From Lama glama (Eukaryota): a DNA stretch of 64,000 bases. Numbering within the stretch: position 1 is the stretch's first letter; each line of letters starts with the position of its first letter. The stretch spans positions 48,548,001 to 48,612,000 of the forward strand of contig CM052818.1 in assembly GCA_028534125.1 (NCBI GenBank), in the 5' to 3' direction. The notes below the pieces were generated by a model that was not told the DNA's origin, made no database searches, and saw nothing but the letters and a program-made list of their open reading frames with translations. The translations under genes and the position numbers were made by a program. Of this stretch, positions 62,092 through 64,000 are shown one piece after another.

Positions 62092-62250
62092 TGTTAGACC
62101 TGGAAGGAACCTCAAATACAATCTAGTTCAGCACCAGTTTATGCATTCAGAAAACAGAAGACTAGAGAGGCAAAGCAAGTTACCTAACACGGCACAGCTG
62201 AACGGGAGACTCGACAGAATCAGAATTCACTTCCCTGCCTCTTCATCCAC
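62092..62250 (-). mobile_element. MIR3/MIR fragment
   Basis: TTAGACCTGGAAGGAACCTCAAAT..ATCTAGTTCA...AGTTACCTAACACGGCACAGCT. Confidence 0.65.
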
Positions 62251-62409
62251 GGTCCCTTTCCGAATGGCATGCCGTCTCTTCTCTGTTCCTGAACAGAGGC
62301 CTCTAATCTTGCCACATGAAGCAATCTTATCCATGAAATTTTTTGAGCCATCACTGCCCACCCCCCATATATGTATCATTTTTCAAATGAAATACATGTG
62401 CCAGTGACC

Positions 62410-62476
62410 CCACTATGCTGTACACCAGAAATTAACACGTTGTAAATCGACTATACTTCAACAAAATTAAAAAGAA
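62410..62476 (+). mobile_element. Very short L1 3' tail
   Basis: CTATGCTGTACACCAGAAATTAACACGTTGTAAATCGACTATACTTCAA plus A-tail. Confidence 0.85.
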
Positions 62477-63289
62477 TCATGAGATTTTTGTCTATTGGAA
62501 TTGCTCCTCTGCCGTGTTTTAAAGAGGTCTCATCTATCTACACGTGAACGACATTCTCCATGTGAGTCCCAGCAGGAAGCCACGTCTGAGAACCAGCTCC
62601 GGAAGGGTCCCCCCAAACATCCGGACACTGCCCACCGCCTCTTCACTTCCTCCAGAGAGCGGAAGAGGGGAGGCAAGGTCATGGTGGTCACCCCGGCTCC
62701 TTCTGCTGCTTCTGCTCTAGAGCTGAGCAGGCTTCTGCTCTGACACCTCCTGATTCCCTCACCGGCGTTTGACCCTCTCCCCGCCATACTCCCACGCTAC
62801 GCCCCCCAACATGGCACAGAGCTTCCCAATCCAGGTTTCACGTCTGAGTCGTGCATTCGGGGCACGTGTTAGGGAGCTCCCACCAGGCTTCAGCGCCAGA
62901 ATCTGGGGTCACGGGGCCCCACAAGGTAGAAAGGTCCCTGCCCTCAAAGGACGACGGCCCGAGGCAGTACCTCTGATTCACTGAGTTTTTCCCTTTGTGG
63001 GCCGAGGACCTCCTGGTTTCCCAGGCGAAGCGGGAGCACCGCGCTCTCCCGCAGCTCGCCCAGGGACATGCAGCTGACACACAGCTGAAACCGACAACCG
63101 GGTCTCCTGCGACGGAGCGGGGGGGCCCCGCGAGCATGCGCAGTCCCTCCCACCGCCCACTCCCCTCGGGGGCGGGGGACCAAGTGGGTCTTTCCATCCC
63201 AGACCGGAAGGAGGGGGGCGCCGGCGCTGGACACGCGCCAGCCAGGCCCGCAGGGTTGCCTGGGCTCACCCGGGGGGTGGGGGGCCTGC

Positions 63290-63830
63290 AGTGCAAGGAC
63301 GTCTCTCTATTGCTGTTTTTTCCAACCTCTGAAATATTAAATGTCCCCAAAAGACGGCTCCTGATCTCCCTCCAACAGCCCCCTCCCCTCCGTCTCCAAA
63401 CCCATTAATGTCACATCGACCAAGCGAAAAATCAGATTTACAGACTCTACCCTTTCTTTTCCCTGCCTCCTTTTTCTTCCCCTTAATCCAGGCACAGCCA
63501 GATTCCTCTTCTTCCTCTCGCTCACTCGGTATTCATGCTCCTGCTCCCTCGCCCTCCGAGGTCACCTCCACGTGGTTGGCTGCGCTCGCTCAACCCGGGG
63601 TCACCGGCCACGGCATCCCAGATCGGCGCCGGCTTTGCCGGGGTGACTGGTCATCTTGTCAGTCCCGCAGGCTTCACCCCGAGGTCTCCCTGACTCGCTG
63701 TGCGTCTGGCTGCACTGACTGGGAAAGGCCTTGTCTCCCTTCCTCCCGCCCACGCCCCTCAGCATCCTTGTGACACAGCCCAGAGGCCTTCTGAACAAGT
63801 GTTTCTAAGCAATGCCGTCTGCTCAGGTTC
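63290..63830 (+). mobile_element. L2 LINE fragment (GC-shifted)
   Basis: Pyrimidine-rich sense L2-like text (CTCCTGATCTCCC.., CACAGCCCAGAGGCCTTCTGAA). Confidence 0.45.
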
Positions 63831-63884
63831 CTGCGTCGCACAGACACGGGCTGCGAGGTGGAACCCGAGCCCGGCGTGGTGCTG

Positions 63885-63918
63885 GCCCCGGCTGCCCCGG
63901 CTGCCCCGGCCTCCCCGC
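63885..63918. repeat. 9-bp GC-rich tandem repeat (GCCCCGGCT), about 3.5 copies
   Basis: GCCCCGGCT GCCCCGGCT GCCCCGGCC TCCCCGC. Confidence 0.85.
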
Positions 63919-64000
63919 TTGGTCCACAGCAGTGTCCACTTTTGCCTCTTTGGCTGATGGGCTCCCCGAAGGCTTCCCTTGTACCAACTCCTGCTAGCTC

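Noticed and set aside
1..64000. CRISPR arrays, operons or other prokaryotic systems
   Set aside because: The sequence is mammalian throughout, with no repeat-spacer arrays or gene-dense segments.

Overview
Mammalian (eutherian) non-coding DNA, most likely camelid (alpaca/camel). This rests on three tRNA-Ala(AGC)-derived SINEs resembling camelid Vic-1 and several young L1 3' ends sharing the terminus ...TGCTGTACACCAGAAA...GACTATACTTCAA. I recognise no host protein-coding exon, rRNA, true tRNA gene or CRISPR array. The only recognisable translations in the ORF track are decayed LINE-1 ORF2 pieces, so the window is probably intergenic or deep intronic. It holds young and old L1s, L2 and MIR relics, MLT1/MLT2 and ERV1-type solo LTRs, Tigger2 and MER81 DNA elements, microsatellites and CpG-rich patches. 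I found no evidence of a new biological system. The best leads are a solo LTR with a periodic six-CCAAT array plus two octamers and a TATA box (4628-5170), a 5'-inverted (twin-primed) L1 with a microsatellite apparently born in its target-site duplication (53740-54067), a MER81 hairpin (58087-58165), an unclassified TGTA...TACA element with inverted flanks (6794-7305), and candidate enhancer motif clusters near 29.6-29.95 kb and 46.9-47.1 kb. Repeat family names come from recalled consensus sequences, not a search, and boundaries of old repeats are approximate.
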